Below are positions 39,999 to 52,908 of a DNA stretch of 54,309 nt, one piece after another. The DNA is from Octopus bimaculoides (lineage: Eukaryota). Both the position numbers and the translations under genes were made by a program. The notes beneath the pieces were generated by a model. That model did no database searches. It saw only the letters and a program-made list of their open reading frames with translations, and was not told the origin of the DNA. How positions within the stretch are numbered: the first letter of the stretch is position 1; each line of letters opens with the position of its first letter. The stretch is taken from contig NC_068985.1 in assembly GCF_001194135.2 (NCBI RefSeq), positions 60,792,579 through 60,846,887 on the forward strand, in the 5' to 3' direction.

Positions 39999-41140
39999 CA
40001 CAGTCATTCAGTATGGTGCTGGAATTCTAAAGTAGACAGAGGATGAACTAAAGAAGTTGGGCAGGAAGACAAGAAAGCTCCTAACAATGCATGGAGCCCA
40101 TCATCCATGTGCAGGCACTGATTGCCTATACATGAAGAGAGAAATGGAGGAAGGGTACTGATAAGTGTGGAAGACTATGCATATTGAACTTGGGAATGTG
40201 CTGAGGGTATATACCCCAAAAAGAGGAAACCTTGTTAAGGGCAGTTAGAGATGAGAACAGATTGAAATCAGGAAAAAGGAAAAGAAAACAAAATGAACAA
40301 GATGGACATGAAGAAACAGTATGCAACAAGGAACCACACAGTCAATTCCATGTAATCAGAACTGATGTTGCTGGAAAACATAAGTAGGACTGGTTGAAGA
40401 GGGGAACACTGAAAAAAGAGTCTGAGAACACAATACTGCCAGAGCAAGACCAAACTTTGGTCACAAATTGGAGGGTCAACCTTAGAAATAAATAAGTGTC
40501 TCCACTGTACTAAATCTGTAATAGAGATGATGAAACCATTGCCTGTATTGTGAATGAACATCCTCAACTTATCCAAAACCAAAATAAGTTGTGGCAACAC
40601 AATGAAGTAGTGAAAGTGCTACATTGGAAACTTTGTGAAAAATGGGGATTAGAGAGAAGCAAGATGTGGTATGAGCACAAACCAGAGAGAGGCGATGTCA
40701 GAGACCTGCAAAATTCTGTAGGATTTCCCAATCCAAACAAACCAGGTACTAGAGTACAACAAGCCAGACCTAGTGGTGGTGGAAAAAGTGAACCACATGT
40801 GCTGTATAACTGATGTTGTGTGCCCCTTTGACACATGAATAGTGAAGAAGGAAGACAAAAAAATAAACAAATACAACCCTCTTAAATATGAGATAGTTTG
40901 AGTGAGGAAAAGGTGAAGATAGTGTTAATTATTGTTGGGTCTTTGTGCACAGTATCAGAAGGCATGAAGAGGAACAAAAAAGAAATCAGAATAAAGTGCC
41001 GATAGAACTGTTACAAAAAGTTTGCCCCCATGGACATGGTCAGAATCATCAGGAAAAATATTAGATAGTTGGAAAGAACAGATAACATGGTACCATAGGC
41101 TGCAGGTAGCAAGCCCACAATGCATGCAAGACTCCAGGAG
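39998..41140 (+). mobile_element. 5'-truncated R4/Dong-like non-LTR retrotransposon (RT C-terminus, CCHC knuckle, restriction-like endonuclease), pseudogenised
   Basis: Reads VIQYGAGILK..DELKKLGRKTRKLLTMHGAHHP...LYMKR..GGR.LISVED, then CN.DDETIACIVNE, HNEVVKVLHWKLCEKWG, WYEHKPE, WDFPIQT...NKPDLVVVEK...DVVCPFD, IIVGSLCTV, ARIIRKIL. Confidence 0.85.
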
Positions 41141-41580
41141 TTCCAACAAAACCACCAATAGAAGAGAAAAAACGACCAAAAACTATGTGTACTCCATCCC
41201 ATGCAGGTAGGTTATACAAAGGCGAAACATGCTGCCCCCTCAAAATAAGGGAAGAGGAACATTGCAAAGCTGTGACATGAGGATATATTGATAAATCGGG
41301 TATAGCTGATCATGTATGGAAAAATGGAGACCACCTCCCCCTGTGGGATGAAGTTAAAATAATAGACAGAGAACACCACTGGAAAATACAAAAACTGAAA
41401 GAAGCAGCACAGATGCTAGGACACAACAACCTCCTAAGCAGACGAGTGCAGATATGAATAGCATATGGGAACTGGTATTAAGGAAGGATAGGAAAATATT
41501 AGATTTATAAGCCCTAAAATTCACTCCATAATTNNNNNNNNNNATTTATAAGCCCTAAAATTCACTCCATAATTGCCCAC

Positions 41581-41652
41581 GGGCATATGGCGTAGTGGTT
41601 AAGAGCACTGGCTACTAACCCCAAGATTCCGAGTTTGATTTCAGGCAGTGAC
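41581..41652 (+). other. tRNA-derived segment with degenerate Pol III A and B boxes inside the Penelope-like terminus (not a functional tRNA)
   Basis: A box TGGCGTAGTGG at 41588-41598; B-box-like GAGTTTGATTTC at 41631-41642; anticodon-like loop CTACTAA. Confidence 0.65.
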
Positions 41653-41721
41653 ATGAATAATAAAAATAATAACATTGAAAAATACCTTAGGAATGAGAAC
41701 CCAGGTTCAAAATTTCCCCAA

Positions 41722-41767
41722 GATACCTGATGAAGGCTGGAGGGTATATCAGTCAAAACGTTGTGTT
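41722..41767 (+). ncRNA. Minimal type I hammerhead ribozyme motif; this copy has G12A
   Basis: Stem I GAUAC/GUGUU; core CUGAUGA at 41727-41733; stem II GGCUG/CAGUC; AAAA in place of GAAA; palindromic AACGUU in place of helix III; predicted cleavage triplet GUU. Confidence 0.7.
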
Positions 41768-41992
41768 AACAACAAACAAGATGAGGACAAATATCCGTCA
41801 AATGTAAATAATGTGAAACCTGAGCTGTTAATAATAAAGTCGAATGCTTTCCAACCAAGTATCAAAGCTTATAATGTGTAGGAAGAGACCCTGTGGCACC
41901 TCTGACAACAAGCTGCCGTCTGCTCTCATAGAATCAACCAGAGCAAACAAGATCAAGTGCTCAGAGAAGTAAAATAGTAATAATAATAATCC

Positions 41993-42385
41993 TTTCTACT
42001 ATAGGCATAAGGCCTGAAATTTTTTTGGTGGGGTGAAGACTAGTCAATTACATCGACACCGTGGCTCAACTGGTATTTATTTTATTGACCCTGAAGGGAT
42101 GAAAGGCAAAGTTGACCTTCGCAGAATTTGAATTCAGAATGTAAAGATAGGTGAAGTACCACAAAGCAATTTACCCAGTGTGCTAATGATTTTGCCAGCT
42201 ATCTACCTTAAATAATAATAATAATGGTTTCAAATTTTGGTACAAAGCCAGCAATTTTGGGAAGTAAGTCAATTACACCAACCCCAGTGCTTGACTGGTA
42301 TTTCATTTTATGGACCTAAGAGTGATAGTAATGAAAGGCAAAGTTGATCTTAACAGGATTTGAACTCAGAACATAAAGAGCTGGA
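41993..42385 (-). mobile_element. Two head-to-tail copies of the same SINE
   Basis: aactggta...gaaaggcaaagttga...tttgaa(c/t)tcagaa occurs twice, separated by an (AAT)n tail. Confidence 0.75.
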
Positions 42386-42893
42386 AAAAATACTGCAAAA
42401 TAAAATAGGTAGGTTCACAAGCATAATATATATAATATAATGCAAGTATCATATAATATTAAAAATGTAATAGTGTAAACATAAATGATAAACAAAACAA
42501 CTTGAGACAAATGACAAAATTATATATAGATACATACATATACATTTACACATACATATTATTTAACATATTTAAACAAAAAATAAAACCATCATGTATT
42601 ACAATGCTTACTTTAATACAAGGAATTACCCCAAGTTTTAAGATTAAAATATGAAAAATATTGTCAACATAATATCCAAGAGTTTTAGAGTTTTCTTTTA
42701 TTACCAAAATAAAAAAAAAACTAACAAAAAGAAAATTAAAGAAATTGAAAATGTGAATTCTGAATTTATCAGATGTCAATTTGATTATATCTACTGATAG
42801 GAACAACAATGGCCGATAAAGGTTTAAATGAAGCGTTATTTAAAGAAACTAAGTTTTGCTGGAATGGTTAGACAGAACAGTGAGTGAGTGAGA

Positions 42894-42942
<49 letters not shown>

Positions 42943-43494
42943 TGTTAGAATTTATAAATGGTTAGGAGGCAAACCCATGGTAGACAAAAGCATTGAATGC
43001 AGCTGTTATTTATTTCAGATAAGATTCAATGTTGTGCTTTTATTTCAATTAATCTAGCAAAATGCAACAAGTAAACAACCCAACTGTTTGATTATTAATT
43101 AACAGAACAGTCTTAATTAGTAGAATTAACAAATGACATGTTTTGCAAGCAATTAGGGATGTGCCAAAGTAATGTTTTTAGGGCAATATTAAGAGGGAAA
43201 TAAATTTGTTAGGTAACAACCACTGCAATAACAAACATTTTATTGGCAATGTTTAAATCGAAAGTTTCTTTGAAATGTTATCAGATCATGCAGCAGTTAT
43301 TGAATATAAACTGCTGAAGAAATAGCACTGGAAACAGAAAATTGGTCACTTGACTAAGATTACAAGCAATAAGATGACAGTTTCTGCATAACAAAGTTCT
43401 TTATGTATGGAGCAAAAAATTTCTGAATGAGATCTGTGGAATGAATTGTACTGTGTGGAAAGATAACTTAGTTTATTGAGAAACAGTGACCATA

Positions 43495-44175
43495 TGAAAT
43501 AATGGTTTTAAATTCAAGCATAAGATTACATCCTTTCAGAGAAGGGGGTTAGTTAATGCCATAAATTCCTGTACTTGAGCAGTGCTTTATTATACTGATC
43601 CCAAAAAATGAAAGGTAAAATCAACCCACCCTAGTAGGATTTGAACTCAGAATCTAAAGTGCTGGAACAAATACCACAATGCAGTTTTTCTGATGCTCTA
43701 ACTATTCTGCTAGCTCATCTAACAACAACAATGATAATGCATTCTACTATAGGTACAAGGCTTGAAATTTTTACGGAGAGAACTGGTTGATTACATCAAC
43801 CACAGTGCTCAACTGGTACTTATTTTACTGAACCTGAAGGGATGAAAGGCACAGTCGACCTTGGCAGAATTTGAACTCAGAACATAAAGCCAGAAGAAAT
43901 ACCACTAAGCATTTTGTCTGATGTGTTAATGATTCTGGTAGCTTGCCACTTTAATAATGGTTTCAAACTTTGCCACAAGGGCAGCCATTTTTTGGAGGAG
44001 GGGATGAGTTGATTACATTGATCTCAGTGTTTCACTGGTACATAATTTATCAACCCTGAAAGATCGAAAAGCAAAGTTGACCCTGGCGGAATTTGAATTC
44101 AGAACATGAAAACAGACAAAATACTGTTAAGCATTTTGCCCAGTGTGCTAACAATTCTGCCAGTTTACCACCTAA
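43495..44175 (-). mobile_element. Three head-to-tail copies of the same SINE
   Basis: The same motif set recurs at about 43495-43720, 43740-43950 and 43957-44175. Confidence 0.78.
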
Positions 44176-45583
44176 TAATAATAATAATGATAAGAATACA
44201 CAAATATACCATGGTTTTAGCAGTTCTATAAACTGGGTGTGATAAACTACGTATCAGATTTAAAATCTAGGATTAACATGACCAACGTAACTCTTGAAGA
44301 TGGTGCTCCAGCATGGTTGCAGTCCAATGACTTAAACCAGTGTGTGTGCATGTGTGTGTGTGTGCGAGAGAGAGAGAGAGAAAGAGAGTATGTGTGCATA
44401 GAACTATATATTTACATGACGATGATGATGATTTACAAATTTGTTAAATATCTTTAACTTGCTGTCAACAAGATGAAAAGCAACAGCTAAAAATGTCTGA
44501 TTTAAAGAGAATTACCATTATTTGTTAATCTATAATGATGCACCAGACTCCAGTGCAGTAATGCAACCAGGTGTTGTATTCCTTCTCCTTTTCATCATCA
44601 ATCATTTTATTTGATTGAGACTATCTCAGGAGGAATTTAAAAACTAGGAAATGGTTTCTGAATTTTCATTTTGAAATCAGTTTCCAATATACCTGATATA
44701 ATCAATTCATATTTGAGTTCTAAAACAAAAGTTTTTATTGAATAGAGAGACAAAACATCATCCAACTTTCAACTGTAAATACATAATAGAATAAGAATAT
44801 TCCATATTTAGCTATTACTGTTGTAAATGAGTAACATGTGGCAGCTCAAAGACAAACAGATCGCTGCACAAAAATGGATAATGAAATTCTTCTTGGAGTA
44901 GAACCAATAAATACTTATTCTTTCAGCAGAGGCCTTGTAGTATTAAACTGGTTGTTCTTAAAACTAAGAAAGCAGAGTCTCTGGTCTGAGTGCTTGAAAC
45001 GTTGATGATCTTAGATAGAATAAACTTTAACAGAAACTATTTCTTATACAATCCTTTGATATTTACTGAGATTTCAGGAAAATATTTATCCTTCTGAAAC
45101 ATTTAGAAATACCATGAGAGTCAGGAAGTTAACTGGTAATGAATATCTGATTCAATAAGTATAGTTCTGATTACATAATACTTCATTTAACTAAATTACC
45201 TGATCTTACATTTTATATAGAAATATATAATAATGTACATACAATTTAACACATAGAAAACATTATATCACTTACATTTCTGACTGGTAAGATTTTCTAC
45301 AAGGCTTCAAAACTATCAAATAAATTTGCTGAGTGGTAATAAAATGTAAATATATCCTAGTTTCCAAAGATTATAACTAAGATAAAGAATGTACCCTGGC
45401 CAATACTACAGATAAAATCATGCCACCAGAATTACAGGATTCTAATCCTACAGTAACTATTTTTTTACTTACTTGGATAACAAAGAAGCTGAATGGCAGG
45501 AAAAGTATTCACAAAGCAAAAGTTTAATTCAAGAAATTATTGCAAGCAAGGCAGCTAGCTAAAATGTTGGAAAACCTGAGTAT

Positions 45584-45631
<48 letters not shown>

Positions 45632-47815
45632 AAGTATGGGGGTTTAGTTCACAGGTGATCTAAGCGATTAGGTACGCTAGGTAAGTGCTATAATGGATTA
45701 CTGGGGCTCCAAGGTTATAGCTGAGATGGTAGTTATGGAGCCATTGCAATTTATACAAAGTAAATTGGAAATATATATGTGTGTGTGTATTATATATATA
45801 ACGCAAACTGACACAAACACATATATGTACAGTTTAAAAAGGCCTGAAACTCTAGAGATCATATGAGAGGAAATGACTTATTGTTGTGATGCCTTTTACA
45901 AATATATTTGTATATGAAGAAGACAAAACCAAAGACACAGTGAGGTGCTAATTCAAGAAATAGTAACACAAACGGTAATTTCTAGAATACAAGTCTTCAT
46001 AACAATATGTTAACATACACAAAGGTAATGATATCAAGAATCTATTACATGTTTAGAACAATGCAATCAAGTAACTAAGTACAATAAATAATAGTTTCAC
46101 ATATGATAAAGCTGTGAAACCACATATAAACCAGTGACATAGGACAAGGCATTGATATCACATATGTAAAAACAATGATATAAGATATATCAAGGTAATT
46201 ATTATAAAATAAGGAATGATTAATTAAGCATATTAAAGGCAGTGGATGTTTGTTACATTAACTGTAATTGAAGCCATCTCTAGTAAAATAATTGATACTG
46301 CGTGAAGTAGAATTTCTAGCACTAAATTTAATAATCTAAGTGTAGACTATAGTGGAGCTAATTTGTTGAATATTAATTAAAAGAAAATGAAATTATATAA
46401 AAAATCATATGTAGAACAAGGAGGAAGCAGGTTAATTTTGAATTTATGAATGGTAGTAATTACCAATTCTTAAAATTAATGGATCACATTAATAAATGAC
46501 TTTATGAACACAATACATAAAATACAAATCTAAAATTTGCAGTTTCTGACTGTGTTGACATAATAATTAACTCTATATCTTAAGTTGATAAGTTGGAATA
46601 TTATCAAGGTTTGTTGAAATAGTCTCAAGTCAAATTTACATCAGTCTAAGTGTAGCCAGTAGAGGTCTAAATAGTTCAGGTAATTAATTAAATAAGGTAT
46701 CAAACATAATGTAAATGAAAATATTAAAACGTATCTCTCTATAGTCAGAGGTACTCTCATCTTAATATAATAATGTACATATTACAGTAGTGTTAATTCT
46801 AATCTTAATGTAATAATTGAATACTAACAAATTACTGTTATGTTAATTCTAATCTTCAAGTAATAATTTGATACAAAGATATTGCAGTGACATGAACTTG
46901 TGCTGATATGAGCTGAGATAGTAGGCAAGGGGTGGAGAACGGAGATGATGAGTTCCTCCTTTACTTGCCGGAAGCAAATATTGCCAAAGCACCAGTCATG
47001 AAAAAAATGAATGAAAAAAGAAAATGGTCTCCACATGAAGTAAAATGTTCTTTCTGCTTCATTCTCGATCTTTTAAAAAAGATCTTTGAGCAATGTTCTT
47101 GTTGCTTAAGGGTAAAGACCAGTTTTCTTTTGGTTTGCCTAATTCTTGCTACAGAACTTAACATTAATGTAATCATTTAATACTAACTAATTACACTGAT
47201 ATTAATTAAATCAATGTTTACATACTGACTTAACCATAACGTAACAGTTTAGTACTAATTACAGTGATACTGGCTGATTCCCCTTTCAATTTATTACAAT
47301 GATGCAGACAGTCAAGTTACAATTCAATAAAACAAAAACAAAAAAGAGATATATTTGTGCATGATGGGGNNNNNNNNNNGGGCTAATGTTTCAGAAAATT
47401 ATATCCAAAAAAGGTTCTGCTTGAATGGTAAATATTTCTACATTTGCTGATATACAAATTTATCTCAATTTTGGCTTTAAACTGATGTGTAGTCTTGGAT
47501 TCTGGTGACCATGTTCTTAATTTTTCAATAGGACAACAATGATTAATTAACTATTTAATAATTGTTATAATTAGGAGACAGTAAACTGTTTGTTTAATAG
47601 AATCAACTTTTAAGAATGTCCTGGAAAAAAAACAGAAATTGGTGAAATGTCCTGAGCTTTTCAAGAAATTGTTTTACTGGTCCATCATCATAATGATGAT
47701 GTTCAAAGGCTTCTTTTTTTGTTCTTTTAAAAGATTGACTGATAGGAATAATCATAAAAATAATAATAAAAGAGATTAAATACAATAAGAACTAGACAAA
47801 GATGATGACATGTAC

Positions 47816-47935
47816 CTCACTTTCTGCATCAGATGACCTTCCACTTTGGTCGTAACCCTCATCACTGACTGCTACAGAGCAGAACTGCGATAGTTCCTGT
47901 ATTTTGCGTTCCACACTTATCAGTCTTGCTTTTTC
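47816..47935 (-). CDS. PHLDB1: PHLDB1/2 (LL5)-like internal coding exon, phase 0-0: EKARLISVERKIQELSQFCSVAVSDEGYDQSGRSSDAESE
   Basis: Acceptor ctaccatctcttccag with a CTGAC branch-like motif upstream; donor GAG|gtacat; 120 nt open frame. The coiled-coil start resembles PHLDB1 QKEKEKLTVLERRY (recalled). In frame with the three exons below. Confidence 0.8.
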
Positions 47936-49634
47936 CTGGAAGAGATGGTAGCTAAGTGAGTCAGTTACTAATGGTGGCTACAACACTCAAGTCTTATCAC
48001 TGACTCTTTGCTTTAAGCAATTGATAGAAAAGTTGCATTTAATTAGTTAATTAGATTTTCAAAATGTCACCCACCAAAACATTAGAAATAAATGCAAAAT
48101 AAATTAATCAGATAACACATTATCTTGAACTTATTGCCATACTCAAAACCACTTTTTCTCCAGCGCTTACAATATCACATTACTATCCCAGTATGTTTAT
48201 CTCACATTTACAAAAATTCATGTTAGAATTTCACAAGTATTTTGAAACAGACACACATTCATAACAAACTGGAAAAATGAGTACTCAGCACCAGGAAAGT
48301 GGATGAACAGTTCTTTTAAATAACATTATGTGAAGTTTATGGAACACAAGGTTTCATATGGATGAAAATCAATTTTTCAACTAGAATTCAACTCACAAAT
48401 GACATGCTAGTACAAAGTTGATGAACGTGTCAACTAGAATGGTGGAATTGGCAGTTGCAATCTGAAATTCTGGCTAAAACATTGCAGATTGTTATATGCA
48501 TGAAACCTTGGGTCCCTGACAGTCAATATAAATTCTCTATATATAATATCTGTGTATAACTGCAACATGTGTGTAAAACAATCTGATTTCCCACCTACAA
48601 TAGATATACCTTTGTCATGAACCAAGAAATTGCAATTACTTGTCCTCAAACCAAACAACAAACCATTCCTGACAGCAGAAGTAATATTATTTCAATCTTT
48701 AAACATCACCCCCGCAGTGTTAGATCTTGCATTCTTCCATGCTGATTAAACTTATTCAATTCTTCTACTGACTTCTTATATCTAACAATACATCCCCTGT
48801 TTCTTCAGATTTCAGAATCTATTGTTTATAACTAGAGATTTGAAACTGTAACAATCGGAGATACAATAATCTATTACTGATGGTCTACTTTGAACCACTG
48901 TTAATGGTATTAATACTTCCTTCTTATAGCAACACCATTTACTCACCCATTCTATCAACGCTACTAAAATATTTCAAACTTATCATTATTGTAAATGGAA
49001 GAAATATTAAAAAAAATATCTTTGAGCAATGCAGGTGAGAAATTAGGCAAAATATGTCAGGTGATGCTTATAAATAAAAACAAAGGGAAGATATTGTATC
49101 AACCTACATAGGTTGTTTAATGTTTCTGTTATTTTTCAGGAAAGCCTCTCTTTTTCAGAAGTAAGACAGAAAATAACACAAGAGTTTGGAGAAAATAATC
49201 TTTCATGATTGTTTCCAACATATGTGCAAGGCTAGAAATTTTATGGAGAGGGTTTAGTCAATTATATCAATCCCAGCACTTGACTAGTACAATACTTTAT
49301 TGACCCTGGGTGGGCGAAAGGAAAAGTTGATCTTGACAGGATTTTGAACTCAAAACAATAAGAACCAGCACATTTACCTCAAGGTATAAAACTATATTGG
49401 TGATAATTCTATACTTATTTTGAGGTAATATGTTATGTTGTCAATGTCTACACAGATCTAAACAGTCTAACTAGAGGATAATCCAGTCAACTGACAAAAG
49501 CTGATGAGGACACAACTAGATTGAAATAAGCATCCATCTGCAGTCAGATCTGAAAACTATAAATTTTAGCAGTAAAGTTATTTTAGAGCAAGATAAAATA
49601 TACACTTTTGTGTAGCTAATTACATACACAAGCA

Positions 49635-49681
<47 letters not shown>

Positions 49682-52318
49682 TGCATAATATAGATATAAT
49701 GAGTGTGTGTGTGTGTGTGTGTGTATAAACAAAAAATAGATTCTGATACAATGATTCAATTTAAAATTTGGTAGAATTTTTGGCATAATTGATTTAACAT
49801 AACTTTTGATAAAAATACATTGAAAAACACACAGACATGTCTGTGAGTGAGCTTGTGTGTATTTACATCTACACAAAGTTGACAATCTATATCTGTAACA
49901 CTGTCTAACTAATACTTAATCTATTGACTTCAGAGGGATGAATGACATAGTAGTCTTAGGCTGGATTTCAATTCAGAAGAATGAAATAGTGAATTTTTGG
50001 TAAGGAACGCAAGTTGGCTTTCTGTTGTGACAAATCAATTACTCTACCAACAATAATCTTCTATCCTGTTAAGTAATAACATATTTGTTTACATAATTTT
50101 TTTTTAATCAAGTAACCCCTCTTCATGTTGGTGATATCATTCACATATGAAGTCAAGTACATCATCTTACTATGTCAAATATATGGAATGTATGTTATAT
50201 TGATGCATTTTTTTAAAAATGATGTCATTCTTGATAGCACTGATAAACTAGTAGTAGTAGTAGTAGTAGCCAATTTTGTAAAAGACTGCTATTGAATTGA
50301 TTGTTTTACCGTGGGTATGTTCCTGGTGCTAGATATCTACTATAAACTTAATTGGTAATGCTAACTGAACCAAACTATGTTCACTCTGAAAATGTACTTC
50401 TCTTCTTCTTCCTTCTCCTATTACTATTAATAATAATAACAACAACAACAATAATAATAAAAGTGACAATATAAAACTATTTGTTTCATTCTAGACAAGG
50501 GTTACACAATTAGAATTTAAGATATTTCCCATAATTATTTACAAAAGATTCTCAGTTAAGTTATCTACCTAACCCTAACCCCAACCTAATTAATGCTGAA
50601 TTCCAAGAAACAAACACTTAAGTAAAGACATATGGTTAATGCCTATAGTTCTGTAATCAACTGCTGTTAACATGAATATACTGAATTCTTCTTTCCAGTT
50701 AATATTTTCAATATTTATATTAAATTTCAGTCAGTTTGATAATAAATTGTCATCACGTGTCTTATTCCTGGAAGTGTACAGGAATCCAGTCTAGGACTGT
50801 CTACAGAATGATATATCCAAAGACAATTGACTAAGCAAACTGACTGAAACTTAATTTAATTGTAAATATACACTTTAAAGATGAGTTGAACATCACGGAA
50901 AATTATAATCTTAAAATGGTGTCTGTTAGAAATCTTTAACTCATTTTTCTTTCTTCTTCCAAACAAGTGAAAGACAGAAAAAAAGAATAAACATTTACTC
51001 TCTCTCTCTCTCTCTCACACACACAAAAGCATAAATACAAGATGGCTGTTGACTTATAAGGTGCGTAGGACCATCATAGACAAGTTATCTTGTTTTTCTT
51101 TTTTTTTTCTCTACAATGACAATGGGACCTACAATGGCTTATAAACCTAGCAAGTGACTTGTATTTTTTGTTGCAAAAGTGGTAATCATTTTCATGTGTT
51201 GCAATGAGGTGCTTGTTCTGCACAGCACTTCGATGTGACTGGAAAATTTGCTACCACATAGATTGCATAATGGACTAGCTGGTAGAAATTTATTGTATTC
51301 AACCTGAAGCCTCTTATCTTATCACACACACACACACACTGCATGCAGGCATGTATGCAAACAATCAATCAAGGTTAATGGCTGAAACATTTTCTAAGAG
51401 GTATTGTGTTTAACAGCCCTAGAGAAATAAGATGGAAAGAAAGGCAACATTGATTGTGCTAAGATTTGAACTCAGGGTTGAGAGATATAAAACTAAATAT
51501 AGTAAATTTCCATGGAACTTGACATTTATTCTACTGTCATATCTTCTGCATGAATATAAAACCGTAAACACACACTGTAAATATATGCTATTTGCAGTTG
51601 GTGCAATAGTGTGCAGGTTGGTGACAACCTTACCATCTGTAAACTTAAAGATATTAAAGTGAGGGTAACATTGGTAAAATAAAAATATAATAAAATAGAT
51701 AACAATTAGACAGACACATGACAAGTGAAGAACCAGATAAAACTGGTCTGAAAGGAAAGCTTAGCAATAAACAACAATCAAGCAGTTAGAAGCAAGGGAA
51801 CACAGCAAGGGAGATGATTCTGATGTCCATTGGTGAAATGTGATACAGTTGTTGGTGGTAGCAGTGGTAGTGGTGGTATGAAATATTTGATGGTGGTGAA
51901 ATATTTGGCAGCAAATTGATACTCTGTAAGTGTCAGCAAGAAGTATTCTAGTTATTGAATCAAAAGAACTACATCTTCATTGATTTATAGTGCAAGTGGT
52001 TGAGTATTCCACAGATGTTTGTCCCCTTGGGTAGTATCAGTATGACAAACTGATGTTTATTTAACTCCAGCCCAACCCTGACTGAGTAAACTGTTGACCA
52101 AAGACATTTCTGTTATGAACATCCAATAGTCTTTTTCCAATGTTCACAGTGCCTAAGACAGCATTATATAAAGTGTCTCTAAACAGTGGGATATGATTGG
52201 AGGAAGTTTTAGCTACTAAGAGGCTTTTAAGTAAACCATAGTTTGGCTTAATTTTGTGGGGCATAAAAGCGCTTTATTCTCAGTGATTGTGGCTTTGCTA
52301 GGACATCAATATTTGTGA

Positions 52319-52374
<56 letters not shown>

Positions 52375-52868
52375 GCAGGCATATTCACACACACACGAAC
52401 ACACACACACACGCACAATAGGTTTCCAAGAAAGTTTACACAAAACACTAACCTCTTGGACCATGGCAGGGGAAAAAATGATATGAAGGATGAAATATTT
52501 AAAAATTTGGGTGAAAAAAAAAAGGACATTAAAATATTGATTTAAATCTTAATTTAAACATTGAAATATGAGAATAAAAGAAATAATCAGTGAGAAAATG
52601 GTAATCAATGGACATAAGAAAGCATCTCTGTAAATGGTACTCCATTATTTGTTTGGTTATAGCAAGGGAAGTTAACCAGAATAAAGTTACAAGATACTCA
52701 AAGAAAGCACATTCAGTACAACCAAACATGCATGTTTGTCACTGCTCCAGCATGGCCCCTTTACCTTGAGACAGGTGTGGAGGAAGGAGGCATCATTAAT
52801 AATGGTAATACAGCAAACAAAAATATCAGTTTGACATTCAGACTATTTAAACAAAAATAAGAGAGAGG

Positions 52869-52908
<40 letters not shown>

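Larger units (their letters stand above)
41141..41815 (+). mobile_element. Penelope-like element 3' relic: GIY-YIG endonuclease C-terminus plus terminal repeat region
   Basis: Frameshifted reading KNYVYSIPC..RLYKGETC.PLKIR.EEH.KAV..G.IDKSGIADHVWKNGDHLPLWDEVKIIDREHHWKIQKLKEAA, followed by a tRNA-like cassette and a hammerhead motif. Confidence 0.85.

Noticed and set aside
41581-41652. Functional tRNA gene
   Set aside because: The acceptor and anticodon stems do not pair properly, the B box is mutated, and it sits inside a repeat terminus.
48948-48964. ATGG|GTGAGT donor with a possible 14-17 nt exon
   Set aside because: Phase 1 does not fit the next acceptor (47935, phase 0) and there is no other support.
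49140-49161. Plus-strand microexon-like atttttcag...gtaaga
   Set aside because: No plus-strand gene evidence elsewhere; such motifs arise by chance in AT-rich DNA.
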